Under the pieces are notes generated by a model. The model saw only the letters and a list, made by a program, of their open reading frames with translations. It was not told the origin of the DNA and ran no database searches. Positions 1 to 7,779 of a stretch of 48,818 nt of DNA are shown piece by piece; the stretch's first letter is position 1; each line of letters begins with the position of its first letter. Location: positions 1-48,818 of IMG/VR virus record IMGVR_UViG_3300028832_000018, one strand, 5' to 3'. The position numbers and the translations under genes are program-made. The DNA is from a virus.

Positions 1-127
1 TGTCGACATCAGTTCAAATCTGGTTGGGAGTACCAAATTGTATTTGGATTTAAAATACATTAAAACTTCCAATTTATGCTATCTTTATAGGTAGCATCTA
101 ATATATGAGTTACTAGTTAATGGAAAT
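1..127. repeat. Terminal direct repeat identical to 48692..48818 (circular-contig overlap)
   Basis: Read directly: bases 1-127 recur base-for-base at 48692-48818. Positions 1-35 are the duplicated 3' part of tRNA-Glu. Confidence 0.95.
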
Positions 128-157
128 TGCAAGTTCGATTCTTGCCTCGTATATTAG
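76..157 (+). ncRNA. Structured RNA unit E: 8-bp hairpin plus anticodon-less tRNA-like minihelix
   Basis: Hairpin atgctatc/ggtagcat (76-97). A 12-bp helix ctaatatatgag (98-109)/ctcgtatattag (146-157, one G.U) encloses a D-loop-like tagttaatgg and a T-arm gcaag-ttcgatt-cttgc (129-145). There is no anticodon arm. Confidence 0.5.
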
Positions 158-249
158 ATGGTGCTTATAAATGACACTATAATTCATAATGTTAGCCGTG
201 TTATGAATTGTATGCGAACGGCATCTTTAGGAATTAAATATTCTTATTG

Positions 250-385
250 ATGCACTACTTTTATAGGTAGTGTACTGATGATATATAAATGGCTGGGATT
301 TAAGGGTAATGCCAAATTACTTTAGTAATAGTCGGTGGTGTGGTTAGCCTAGTAAATAACCAAGAAAAATCCTTTATATCATTAG
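250..385 (+). ncRNA. Structured RNA unit F, paralogue of unit E, with a tRNA-His-derived fragment
   Basis: Same 5' hairpin (cactac/gtagtg, 253-272). Same closing-helix logic: ctgatgatata (275-285)/tatatcattag (375-385). The insert contains tggtgtggttag (336-347), identical to the 5' acceptor/D region of the tRNA-His gene. Confidence 0.45.
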
Positions 386-388
386 TAC

Positions 389-427
389 AGTGCTTATAAA
401 TTCGGTGTAAGCACTTTCTGGTTTTTA
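389..427 (+). terminator. Rho-independent terminator (first of two closing the RNA operon)
   Basis: 8-bp stem agtgctta/taagcact with an 11-nt loop, then ttctggttttt. Confidence 0.55.
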
Positions 428-450
428 TTGCAGTGGAAAATCCACAGATT

Positions 451-483
451 GAGGTTAATAAGTTAATATTAATCTCTTTTTTT
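451..483 (+). terminator. Rho-independent terminator
   Basis: 9-bp stem gaggttaat/attaatctc (one G.U), 8-nt loop, then a T7 tract. Confidence 0.75.
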
Positions 484-489
484 GTGCAT

Positions 490-518
490 TTGATTTATAA
501 ACGATATAAGTGTATAAT
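490..518 (+). promoter_or_regulatory. sigma-A type promoter
   Basis: ttgatt (490-495), 17-nt spacer, tataat (513-518). Confidence 0.5.
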
Positions 519-533
519 AAAATAGGTGATGAT

Positions 534-833
534 ATGTACAGATTATATGCAGATATTGCAGGGAAAAAATTAATAGATGCCTCAGAAAAAGAGCAAGATA
601 TAATAGATACAATGGGGGAATATTTAAAAAGCAATAAAAACTTACATTTTAGCATAGTAAAACAAAAAGATAAAAAGAGTGAACCTACACTTAAAGGCGT
701 ATGGGGAATGGAAGGTTATATAGAATATTTAAAAGATTATAAATTGAGGTTAGAAAGTTGTATGCAATTAAAAGAAGAAATATTGGATTTGAAAGAAAAT
801 CAAAAAATGAAATCGTTAGGAACAAGGGTATAG
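534..833 (+). CDS. hypothetical protein
   Basis: ORF-track 510..833 trimmed to ATG 534 behind an aggtga RBS. No recognisable motif. Confidence 0.55.
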   Translation: MYRLYADIAGKKLIDASEKEQDIIDTMGEYLKSNKNLHFSIVKQKDKKSEPTLKGVWGMEGYIEYLKDYKLRLESCMQLKEEILDLKENQKMKSLGTRV

Positions 834-849
834 CAATATGCTCTTTTTA

Positions 850-878
850 TTTACAAAATTGAAAAAATGTGGTATTAT
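850..878 (+). promoter_or_regulatory. sigma-A type promoter with extended -10
   Basis: tttaca (850-855), 17-nt spacer ending tgtgg, tattat (873-878). Confidence 0.45.
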
Positions 879-898
879 AATTATAGTGGAGGTACGAT

Positions 899-1162
899 AT
901 GAAACTGTCAGAACATAGTAAACAAAGAATGAAGCAAAGAACCGACTATAATCATAAGCAAAGAGTCAGATTGTTTGCAGACGCCATAATGTATGGAAAA
1001 TCACCAAATGATTTTAAAGATAATAAAGAGTTGAGAGATTTTTTGCTTTCTAGAAAGAATTGTAAGGTTAAATTATATAAGAATTATGTGTTTATATATA
1101 GCAAAAATAGCCATAGACTATATACTATGTATAAATTGCCAGAAAAATACATAAAGGAGTAA
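899..1162 (+). CDS. hypothetical basic protein
   Basis: RBS ggagg 6 nt upstream. N-terminal SEHSKQRMKQR motif. No confident family assignment. Confidence 0.55.
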   Translation: MKLSEHSKQRMKQRTDYNHKQRVRLFADAIMYGKSPNDFKDNKELRDFLLSRKNCKVKLYKNYVFIYSKNSHRLYTMYKLPEKYIKE

Positions 1163-1166
1163 TATA

Positions 1167-1379
1167 ATGAGAAGATTTTGGATGATAATTAATTTAATTT
1201 TAGGTAAAGATATTATAGTTTATGACACTTGGCGTAAAGAAGTGTTAATGATAATCGGTAGCGATGAAGAAGTAATAAAAAAAAGATATTCCTATGATTT
1301 TATAGGTAAAAACGAAGAATGCCTTGAAGGTGATGCCAAAACAGGTAAAATTTATTATACAGGTGATAGATATGAATAA
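1167..1379 (+). CDS. hypothetical protein
   Basis: RBS aaggag upstream, tightly packed with its neighbours. Confidence 0.5.
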   Translation: MRRFWMIINLILGKDIIVYDTWRKEVLMIIGSDEEVIKKRYSYDFIGKNEECLEGDAKTGKIYYTGDRYE

Positions 1380-2172
1380 AATGAAGTTAATAAGTCACTA
1401 TGATTGTTATGGTAGAAAAGATTTTTGGGATGAAAATAGTGATGTGTATGCTATAACTGATGATTTTGTAATGAAAGATGAATATAAAAAGATTGATAGA
1501 GATAAAAAAGTTGCGTTGTTAATAGAACCTAGAGCAATAGTACCTGAAGCGTATGATTATGTAGGCAAACATTATGACGAGTTTAAATATGTGTTTACAG
1601 GTGATGATGAATTATTAAAATTACCTAATGCGAAACCTATAATATGGGGTGGCGTATGGTATAGGTGTGAAAATCCTAAAAAAGAAAAGTTAATATGTAT
1701 GATAAGTAGCAATAAAGAGATGTGTGATTTACATAAAGAGCGAAAAAGAATAGCAAGAAAATATAAAGATAAGATAGATGTGTATGGAACTATTGATGGG
1801 GGTACATATATTGATGATAATATACATAAAGACTATATGTATGAAGTTGTAATAGAAAATGATGAACAAGATATATGGTTTACTGAAAAGATATGTAATT
1901 GCTTTGCAAATAAGACAATACCTATCTATTATGGTGCTAGAGATATAGGTAAGTATTTCAATTTAGATGCTATTATTGAATGTAAATCTATAAACGAATT
2001 AGAAAATAAGATAGAAGCAGTAATAAACAATGAGGATGGCTTTAGTGATGTTTATTATGAAGATGTTGTTCAAAAAGCCATAGAAGAAAACTACGAATTA
2101 TCAAAACAATACGAGAACTTTGATACTTGGTTCTATAACAGGTATGAAAAAGAGATAGAGGAGATGTTTTAA
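1372..2172 (+). CDS. glycosyltransferase, GT10 (alpha-1,3-fucosyltransferase)-like
   Basis: YMYEVVIENDEQDIWFTEKICNCFANKTIPIYYG parallels the FucT catalytic block (CFEN...YVTEK...TIPIYWG). Start moved to ATG 1372 (aggtga RBS), which overlaps the previous stop. Confidence 0.6.
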   Translation: MNKMKLISHYDCYGRKDFWDENSDVYAITDDFVMKDEYKKIDRDKKVALLIEPRAIVPEAYDYVGKHYDEFKYVFTGDDELLKLPNAKPIIWGGVWYRCENPKKEKLICMISSNKEMCDLHKERKRIARKYKDKIDVYGTIDGGTYIDDNIHKDYMYEVVIENDEQDIWFTEKICNCFANKTIPIYYGARDIGKYFNLDAIIECKSINELENKIEAVINNEDGFSDVYYEDVVQKAIEENYELSKQYENFDTWFYNRYEKEIEEMF

Positions 2173-2696
2173 TGGCAACTTCATATAAATATTACAAAAA
2201 AAATGTAAAAAAGTATTTAATTGATAAATTCCCTGAAGATGCAAGAATTTTGGATGTAGGTGCAGGATGTGGGACTTATCACAATCTTCTACACGATTAT
2301 TTTACTGAGAATTCATTCCACGCTGTTGAAGTTTTTTATCCAAATATAAAAAAATATGACTTAGAAAGTAAATATAAGGCTATATATTGTGTAGATATTA
2401 AGAATTTTGAGTATGATTTTTATAATATCATCATATTTGGCGATATAATAGAGCATCTAACAGTAGAAGAGGCTCAACAAGTCTTAAAATACGCATACGA
2501 TAGGTGTGATGAGATGATTGTCGCTGTTCCTTATGAAATGGAACAAGATATATGTGAAGATAATGTGTACGAAATACATAAACAACCAGATTTAACTCCT
2601 GAAAATATGTTAGAAAGATACCCAATGTTAAAATTGTTAGTAAAAAACAAAAAATATGGGTATTATGTAAAGGATGATGCTTATGAAGAAGGTTAG
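2172..2696 (+). CDS. class I SAM-dependent methyltransferase
   Basis: Motif I ILDVGAGCGTY and downstream IIIFGDIIEHL. TAATG stop-start overlap with the upstream gene. Confidence 0.75.
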   Translation: MATSYKYYKKNVKKYLIDKFPEDARILDVGAGCGTYHNLLHDYFTENSFHAVEVFYPNIKKYDLESKYKAIYCVDIKNFEYDFYNIIIFGDIIEHLTVEEAQQVLKYAYDRCDEMIVAVPYEMEQDICEDNVYEIHKQPDLTPENMLERYPMLKLLVKNKKYGYYVKDDAYEEG

Positions 2697-3288
2697 TGTA
2701 ATAATTCCTGCTTACAACGCTGAACAATGGATAAGAAAATGCCTAGAAAGCATTCCTAAAAGAGATGATATAGAAATCATAGTCGTAAATGATGGCTCTA
2801 CGGACAAAACAATGGGGTATTTAAAGAATTATAAGGCGTTTAGGTATAAAGACCTTATCTTGATAGATTTTAAAGAAAATAGAGGCGTTTCTTGCGCTAG
2901 AAATGCAGGTATAGATATAGCAAAAGGTGAATATATTGTATTTATAGACAGTGATGACTATATTTATCCTAAAGTTTTTAACAAAATAGTAGATAATTAC
3001 TTAAATGGTGAATATGATTTGGTGTTTTATGATTTAGAAAACAACGTTAAATATACATTTGTTGCAGACCAAAACAACTATAAATGTAAATATGGAATGT
3101 TTAAGTTTATAAAAAGAGATTTTTTAGGTGATTTAAGATTTGTAGAAGGTATGCAATATGCAGAAGATAAAGATTTGCATTTAAGAATGTTAGAAAAATA
3201 TCCATATTGCAAATTTACCAGAGAAATAATGTATCACTATAATTATCCAAGAAAAGGTAGTTTGAGTGCAATAGGTGAAAATAGATAA
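2683..3288 (+). CDS. glycosyltransferase family 2
   Basis: VSVIIPAYNAEQWI, VVNDGSTDKT, NRGVSCARNAG and FIDSDD (DXD). Start set at ATG 2683 (MKKVSV). Confidence 0.8.
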   Translation: MKKVSVIIPAYNAEQWIRKCLESIPKRDDIEIIVVNDGSTDKTMGYLKNYKAFRYKDLILIDFKENRGVSCARNAGIDIAKGEYIVFIDSDDYIYPKVFNKIVDNYLNGEYDLVFYDLENNVKYTFVADQNNYKCKYGMFKFIKRDFLGDLRFVEGMQYAEDKDLHLRMLEKYPYCKFTREIMYHYNYPRKGSLSAIGENR

Positions 3289-3291
3289 TTC

Positions 3292-3320
3292 TTGACATTT
3301 TTAAAAAAATATGATATTAT
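3292..3320 (+). promoter_or_regulatory. sigma-A type promoter (extended -10)
   Basis: ttgaca (3292-3297), 17-nt spacer ending atatga, tattat (3315-3320). Confidence 0.6.
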
Positions 3321-3365
3321 ATAATTGTGCAAAGGAAAGCACAGTGTAAATCCATTTTTTTCTTT

Positions 3366-3396
3366 AGAAATAGGCTCACCCCTATTTCTTTTTTTA
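3366..3396 (+). terminator. Rho-independent terminator
   Basis: 9-bp stem agaaatagg/cctatttct, then a T7 tract. Confidence 0.75.
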
Positions 3397-3425
3397 TTGA
3401 CAAAAAAGTAAATATAGTGTAAAAT
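3397..3425 (+). promoter_or_regulatory. sigma-A type promoter
   Basis: ttgaca (3397-3402), 17-nt spacer, taaaat (3420-3425). Confidence 0.55.
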
Positions 3426-3443
3426 AAATTTAGGGTAGGAGGT

Positions 3444-3497
3444 ATGGCTATGAATTTTAGTAAGTGTGATTTTTGTAAAGGAGCATTAATTGTCTAG
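3444..3497 (+). CDS. 17-codon leader mini-ORF (MAMNFSKCDFCKGALIV)
   Basis: Strong RBS aggagg 5 nt upstream. Its 3' end forms the 5' arm of terminator 3481-3517. Confidence 0.3.
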   Translation: MAMNFSKCDFCKGALIV

Positions 3498-3517
3498 TAC
3501 TTTTATGCTCTTTTTTT
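3481..3517 (+). terminator. Rho-independent terminator/attenuator upstream of 3536 ORF
   Basis: gagcat (3481-3486)/atgctc (3505-3510), then a T7 tract. Confidence 0.5.
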
Positions 3518-3535
3518 GTTGAAAGGAGGAATAAT

Positions 3536-3880
3536 ATGAAAGAAATTATGGAAAAAATAGGACAAGTTAGTTTTGTATCTTTTGAAGAAATATATAATAT
3601 GAGAGATAAAGCAAGAGAATTTTATAAAAATTTTGATTCGGAAACAAGAGAAATTTATAAATGGTATTACTATCATCAATTATGTATTATGAAATGTAGT
3701 AAAAAAGAACCATTAAAGGATTATTTATGGTCTTATATTGTCGAAAAAGATAATGTTAAAGCAAAATTAAAAAAAGAATACGATAAATATTATAAAAAAA
3801 CACAAAAAATCAAAGAAAAAGAAGCAAAAAACCCTTCTAATAGCGAAAATATTGACCTTTATGAATTGTTTGGTTTATGA
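3536..3880 (+). CDS. hypothetical protein
   Basis: RBS aaaggagg. Lys-rich C-terminus. No recognisable motif. Confidence 0.6.
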   Translation: MKEIMEKIGQVSFVSFEEIYNMRDKAREFYKNFDSETREIYKWYYYHQLCIMKCSKKEPLKDYLWSYIVEKDNVKAKLKKEYDKYYKKTQKIKEKEAKNPSNSENIDLYELFGL

Positions 3881-3933
3881 TTTGACTAAAACGAGAAAAA
3901 AATGATATAGTATTACACTAGAGGAGGCATCTT

Positions 3934-4194
3934 ATGGAACTAAATTTAACAACAGTTTTGGCAATATTAAGTAGTGTGTTTTGTATAGTTACTTTTGTTG
4001 TAAATAGAATAGACAAAGCAAAACAAAACACTAAAGAAAATCATCAAGAACTTATAGAATATCAACTTAAAGAACTTAAAGACGATGTAAAAAGCATATT
4101 AAATAAATTAGATAAATATGAAACAGACGTTGACGAAAAAATAGACAAAGCAATAGAATTGCATATAAAGTTATATCATAAAGGGGAAAAGTAA
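3934..4194 (+). CDS. small membrane-anchored coiled-coil protein
   Basis: N-terminal hydrophobic TTVLAILSSVFCIVTFVV. RBS gaggagg. Putative promoter ttgact-N18-tatagt at 3882-3911. Confidence 0.6.
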   Translation: MELNLTTVLAILSSVFCIVTFVVNRIDKAKQNTKENHQELIEYQLKELKDDVKSILNKLDKYETDVDEKIDKAIELHIKLYHKGEK

Positions 4195-4195
4195 A

Positions 4196-4495
4196 ATGAG
4201 TTTAAGAGATGATATTGTAAAGGTAGAAAAAAAAGCAGAAAGTTTGGAACAAAGCCTAGCAACAGAAATAATAATGGATTCGAAAAAAGCAAATAAGAGA
4301 ATTTGTGTATCTTTTACAGCAGTAATAATTGGTTTAGTAATTGGATATTTTGCTACTGTTGCTATGTTTTTAAACTATATAAAGAATATAGGCAGTGAGG
4401 AAATAAATACTATAGAAAAAACACAAGAAATACACGATGTTGAAAGCATAGATAGTAGTTATATAATAAACGGGGATAACTATGGCAACAATTAA
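4196..4495 (+). CDS. small membrane protein
   Basis: Central TM segment ICVSFTAVIIGLVIGYFATVAMFL. Starts 2 nt after the upstream stop. Confidence 0.6.
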   Translation: MSLRDDIVKVEKKAESLEQSLATEIIMDSKKANKRICVSFTAVIIGLVIGYFATVAMFLNYIKNIGSEEINTIEKTQEIHDVESIDSSYIINGDNYGNN

Positions 4496-4586
4496 ACAAA
4501 CAACAAAAACCACAAAAGTAAGAAGACCTGTTAAAATTAAATACGTTAAGAAATGTAAAAATTGTGGAAAGTTCGTGAAAAAATAA
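4482..4586 (+). CDS. 34-aa basic peptide with CxxC
   Basis: ATG 4482 to TAA 4584-4586, read by eye (MATIKQTTKTTKVRRPVKIKYVKKCKNCGKFVKK). Below the ORF-track size cutoff. Confidence 0.3.
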   Translation: MATIKQTTKTTKVRRPVKIKYVKKCKNCGKFVKK

Positions 4587-4589
4587 TTT

Positions 4590-4790
4590 ATGCTTAAAAT
4601 AGATTTTACTCAACAAGAGATAAACGATATAAAGTCCAAAATAAAATTTACAGACAGACAAGAAAGAATTATCGAATACAGAAGAAGTGAGTGGACTTTA
4701 GTCAAAATGGCAGATGAAGAACATTGTGATATTTCAACAATAAGCAGAGAATTAAAGAAAATAAAAAAGAAAATATATAAAGTAATATAG
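4590..4790 (+). CDS. sigma-70 region-4-like HTH regulator (possible late-gene activator)
   Basis: FTDRQERIIEYRRSEWTLVKMADEEHCDISTISRELKKIKKKI resembles region 4.2/LuxR-type HTH proteins. Confidence 0.5.
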   Translation: MLKIDFTQQEINDIKSKIKFTDRQERIIEYRRSEWTLVKMADEEHCDISTISRELKKIKKKIYKVI

Positions 4791-4806
4791 ATGACAAAAA
4801 TATGAC

Positions 4807-4836
4807 AAGAACTTGAGAAAAATGAGTTCTTTTTTT
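4807..4836 (+). terminator. Rho-independent terminator
   Basis: 7-bp stem aagaact/agttctt, then a T-tract. Confidence 0.65.
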
Positions 4837-4959
4837 GTGTAATAATATTAGCAGAAAAGGAGATAATATACTTAATAAATTTGTTTAAAACGCACTTTGA
4901 GGAGTACATCTTAGAATTATTATCTTTTTTTCTTTTTTTATTATAAAGGAGATGGAAAA

Positions 4960-5325
4960 GTGTATAATAACAGTTTTATGCTTGATAAATTATCAAGGCA
5001 AAAGGAAGAAATTGAAAATTTAATGAAATTATATCAAAATCAGCAAATGCCAATGAATGTATTTAACGTAGGCAATGCTAATCAAGTGGATTTTGAGGCT
5101 AAAATTATAGGAAAAGATGAAAACCCTAAAGAAATAATAGTTCAAAGGAAAACTGCTTTTATTTGCTTAGATAATGCAATTTTAACAATTAAAGAGTTGA
5201 ACGGCGATATTAAAGAATATAAAATTATAATACCAAAAACTCAAGAACAATTAGAAAACGAAGAATTGAAAAAGAAAATACATAATTTAGAAGAACAATT
5301 AAAAGGAAGGAATAAAGAAAAATGA
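4960..5325 (+). CDS. hypothetical coiled-coil protein
   Basis: GTG start 7 nt after aaaggag. No recognisable motif. Confidence 0.5.
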   Translation: MYNNSFMLDKLSRQKEEIENLMKLYQNQQMPMNVFNVGNANQVDFEAKIIGKDENPKEIIVQRKTAFICLDNAILTIKELNGDIKEYKIIIPKTQEQLENEELKKKIHNLEEQLKGRNKEK

Positions 5326-5525
5326 ATTTTAACTTAATACAACAAATAATGAAATGTGGGAATCCACAACAAGCCATCTTAAATATGATGAATCCACAGC
5401 AAAAAATGATGGCACAAGCATTCTTAAATAATCCTAACAGAGAACAAGCATTACAAGAATTAATGCAACAAAACAATGTTTCTCAACAACAAGTTGATTC
5501 TTTAAAGACTGCAATAAGTAAATAG
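5322..5525 (+). CDS. hypothetical Gln-rich protein
   Basis: ATGA overlap with the upstream stop. Q/N-rich sequence. Confidence 0.5.
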   Translation: MNFNLIQQIMKCGNPQQAILNMMNPQQKMMAQAFLNNPNREQALQELMQQNNVSQQQVDSLKTAISK

Positions 5526-5572
5526 TGGTATTAACTGAATAAGTTAATATAGATTTATGAAAGGAGGACTCT

Positions 5573-6073
5573 ATGAACGGAACAAACGGTATTGGATTAG
5601 ACTGGTCTGGATTAATTGGATTATTAATCATCGCTGGGATATTTGGATATGGTAATGGATTTGGATTTGGGGGAAATAATGCAGGTACTGCTTTAACAAC
5701 TGCCGAAATGCAAATGGGATTATATAACCAAACAACTGATAATGCCATTCGTGGTATATCAGGCCAAGTAGCAGGAGTTAATGATGCAGTATTAATTGGT
5801 AAATATGATAATGCCTTATTAATGAAAGACGCATCTCAACAATTATCAAATAGTATAGCATCTATCGGTAATTTAGTAGTTCAAGAAAATCAAACAACTA
5901 GAAATATGATAATGCAAAATAAAATTGATGCTCTTGCAGACCAAATCACAATTTTACGTGGAGAAAATAGTAATTTAAAACAAAACGAATATCTATTATC
6001 TCAATTAGCAACAACTGCTCCAAAGCCACCTTGCTATTATGGATGTGGTTGTGGAACATCAAGTCTTTATTAA
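5573..6073 (+). CDS. membrane-anchored Gly-rich/coiled-coil protein with Cys-rich C-terminus
   Basis: RBS aaaggagg. N-terminal LIGLLIIAGIFGYGNGFGFGG. C-terminal PPCYYGCGCGTSSLY. Confidence 0.6.
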   Translation: MNGTNGIGLDWSGLIGLLIIAGIFGYGNGFGFGGNNAGTALTTAEMQMGLYNQTTDNAIRGISGQVAGVNDAVLIGKYDNALLMKDASQQLSNSIASIGNLVVQENQTTRNMIMQNKIDALADQITILRGENSNLKQNEYLLSQLATTAPKPPCYYGCGCGTSSLY

Positions 6074-6105
6074 GACTATTCCCTCATAAGAGGTTGACTT
6101 ATATT

Positions 6106-6137
6106 GGTAAGGACATATAAGTCCTTACCATTTTATT
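6106..6137 (+). terminator. Rho-independent terminator
   Basis: 9-bp stem ggtaaggac/gtccttacc, then attttattt. Confidence 0.7.
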
Positions 6138-6153
6138 TAGAAAGGACGATACA

Positions 6154-6555
6154 ATGAACAATACAATAATAGTAAGCAACATAACAACAGGAACAAACGA
6201 AATTGTTCTTGTACCTAACCAAACAATCAAAAATGTATCTAATTTGGCTACTTACAGATTAATAATTGCTTGTAACACTCCAGAAGCAACAGCAAATTAT
6301 CCAGTAGCAATTCAAGTAGGAGAAAACAACATACCTTTACTATGTAAATATGGCAATCAAGTATTAGCAAATCAATTAAATAGAAGAATACCTTATTTCA
6401 TAGGATATGGTAACCAAAATACTGGATATACAAACGGACAATTCTCTGTATTTAATACAAGATGTTTAAATGCTAGGGGAACTGTTACAACAGAAACTAC
6501 GCAAACAACAAGTGATGATACTAATGGAAGCGTAAATCCAAATAGAAGTAAATAG
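6154..6555 (+). CDS. hypothetical protein
   Basis: RBS aaagga. Thr/Asn-rich. No recognisable motif. Confidence 0.55.
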   Translation: MNNTIIVSNITTGTNEIVLVPNQTIKNVSNLATYRLIIACNTPEATANYPVAIQVGENNIPLLCKYGNQVLANQLNRRIPYFIGYGNQNTGYTNGQFSVFNTRCLNARGTVTTETTQTTSDDTNGSVNPNRSK

Positions 6556-6563
6556 GTGATTAA

Positions 6564-6986
6564 ATGAAAGAATATTTAGAAAAAATAGTAAGTAATGGTA
6601 AAAAAGAAGATATGGATTGCTTAGGTGAAATATTAATAGACAGTTTATATAATTTAAAAGAAAACGATTACAGTAAATTTGCTAAATATAAAGCAAAAAT
6701 AAAAGGAATGGCTTATAATTATCAATTAGATAGAGAATTAGCGCAAGAAATAGTAGAAGATATGAAACCATTAGGAGAATATTGGAATATAGAAACTGTT
6801 TCAAGCGTAATAGGCAACACACCTCATAAATTAGAAAATATGTATGTAGTAATGAATAGCCTTGCTAATGATTATAAAGATGTCATTAATTTAGATGATG
6901 CAGAAACTTATGTAAAAATGGCTAATGCGTGGTTAAGTGATGTTGATGGAAGAGAAAACAAAGTATGGTGGTATTTTGTAAAATAA
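6564..6986 (+). CDS. hypothetical protein
   Basis: RBS aggtga 5 nt upstream. No recognisable motif. Confidence 0.55.
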   Translation: MKEYLEKIVSNGKKEDMDCLGEILIDSLYNLKENDYSKFAKYKAKIKGMAYNYQLDRELAQEIVEDMKPLGEYWNIETVSSVIGNTPHKLENMYVVMNSLANDYKDVINLDDAETYVKMANAWLSDVDGRENKVWWYFVK

Positions 6987-6987
6987 A

Positions 6988-7013
6988 AGATAGACAAAAG
7001 TCTATCTTTTTTT
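6988..7013. terminator. Bidirectional terminator between convergent genes
   Basis: 8-bp stem agatagac/gtctatct, flanked by an A-run and a T-run. Confidence 0.7.
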
Positions 7014-7506
7014 AAAAATTATTTAACCATTTTTCAACGTTGTATCTATAATTTGTTCTTAATTTTTCAACTTCAATAGGTATTCCATATTCTTCAAAAT
7101 AGTCTATAGGTATTGATTTTCTATTATTTTCTTGAATAAATTTATCTACATATTCAATTTCTAATGAGTAACATTTTTCTACATCAACAAAAAATACTAT
7201 TATCATAGGAATAACACCAATGTTTTTGTTTGCTTCAATCATTTCTTTTAATTGATTTTCCCTTATACAATTTAAAGGTAATGATTTTCCTTTGTGGTTT
7301 TTATATTCTAATATCAACAATTCTGTGCAATAATCACCTACATAGAACATAAAAGCATCTGCTATGTTGTTTTGACTGAAACGAAGTTGTTCATTTCCAC
7401 CATAATATGAACTCGCACTGTCTTTTAGACGATAATAGTATATTTTATCACTTTTAGGAATGCTTTTTCTAAAATTTTGTTCAAATATTTTACCTAGATT
7501 TTTCAT
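7012..7506 (-). CDS. recU: RecU-like Holliday junction resolvase
   Basis: LILEYKNHKGKSLPLNCIRENQLKEMIEANKNIGVIPMIIVFF is collinear with the RecU core (FEAKET..K.SFPL.N...HQ......GI.F.I..F). Confidence 0.65.
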   Translation of the reverse strand: MKNLGKIFEQNFRKSIPKSDKIYYYRLKDSASSYYGGNEQLRFSQNNIADAFMFYVGDYCTELLILEYKNHKGKSLPLNCIRENQLKEMIEANKNIGVIPMIIVFFVDVEKCYSLEIEYVDKFIQENNRKSIPIDYFEEYGIPIEVEKLRTNYRYNVEKWLNNF

Positions 7507-7702
7507 TTTTTTTCATTTCTCTTTCTAATCTTATTTGAAATTTTACATTTTTTATTTCTTTCTTTACATCTTTTAACTTTTCAAACATTTTTGTCCTAAT
7601 TTTTAAATTGCAGTAGTTTCTGTCTAAGTTTCTTTTTAAACTTGATTCTTCTAATTTTAAATTAGATAATTTTTCTATTAACTTGTCATTTCTCATAAGC
7701 AT
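7490..7702 (-). CDS. hypothetical coiled-coil protein
   Basis: Lys/Glu-rich ORF overlapping the start of recU. Weak RBS. Confidence 0.45.
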   Translation of the reverse strand: MLMRNDKLIEKLSNLKLEESSLKRNLDRNYCNLKIRTKMFEKLKDVKKEIKNVKFQIRLEREMKKNEKSR

Positions 7703-7726
7703 CTACCATATTAATCTTATCATAAA

Positions 7727-7755
7727 TTGACTAAAATGGCAAATCGTGATAATAT
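7727..7755 (+). promoter_or_regulatory. sigma-A type promoter of the packaging/structural operon
   Basis: ttgact (7727-7732), 17-nt spacer ending tcgtga, taatat (7750-7755). Confidence 0.6.
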
Positions 7756-7779
7756 TTTTATAGAGTAGGGAGTGATGAT

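Noticed and set aside
1-127. The 127-bp terminal repeat as a biological direct terminal repeat, LTR or att duplication
   Set aside because: The duplication is exact, cuts through the middle of a tRNA gene, and has a length typical of a de Bruijn assembler's maximum k-mer overlap on circular contigs. It cannot be fully excluded without reads.
5573-6073. The Cys-rich C-terminus (CYYGCGCGTSSLY) as a RiPP or bacteriocin precursor core
   Set aside because: The precursor would be 166 aa with an N-terminal TM segment and a coiled coil. No modification enzymes are adjacent. I kept it as a hypothetical membrane protein.
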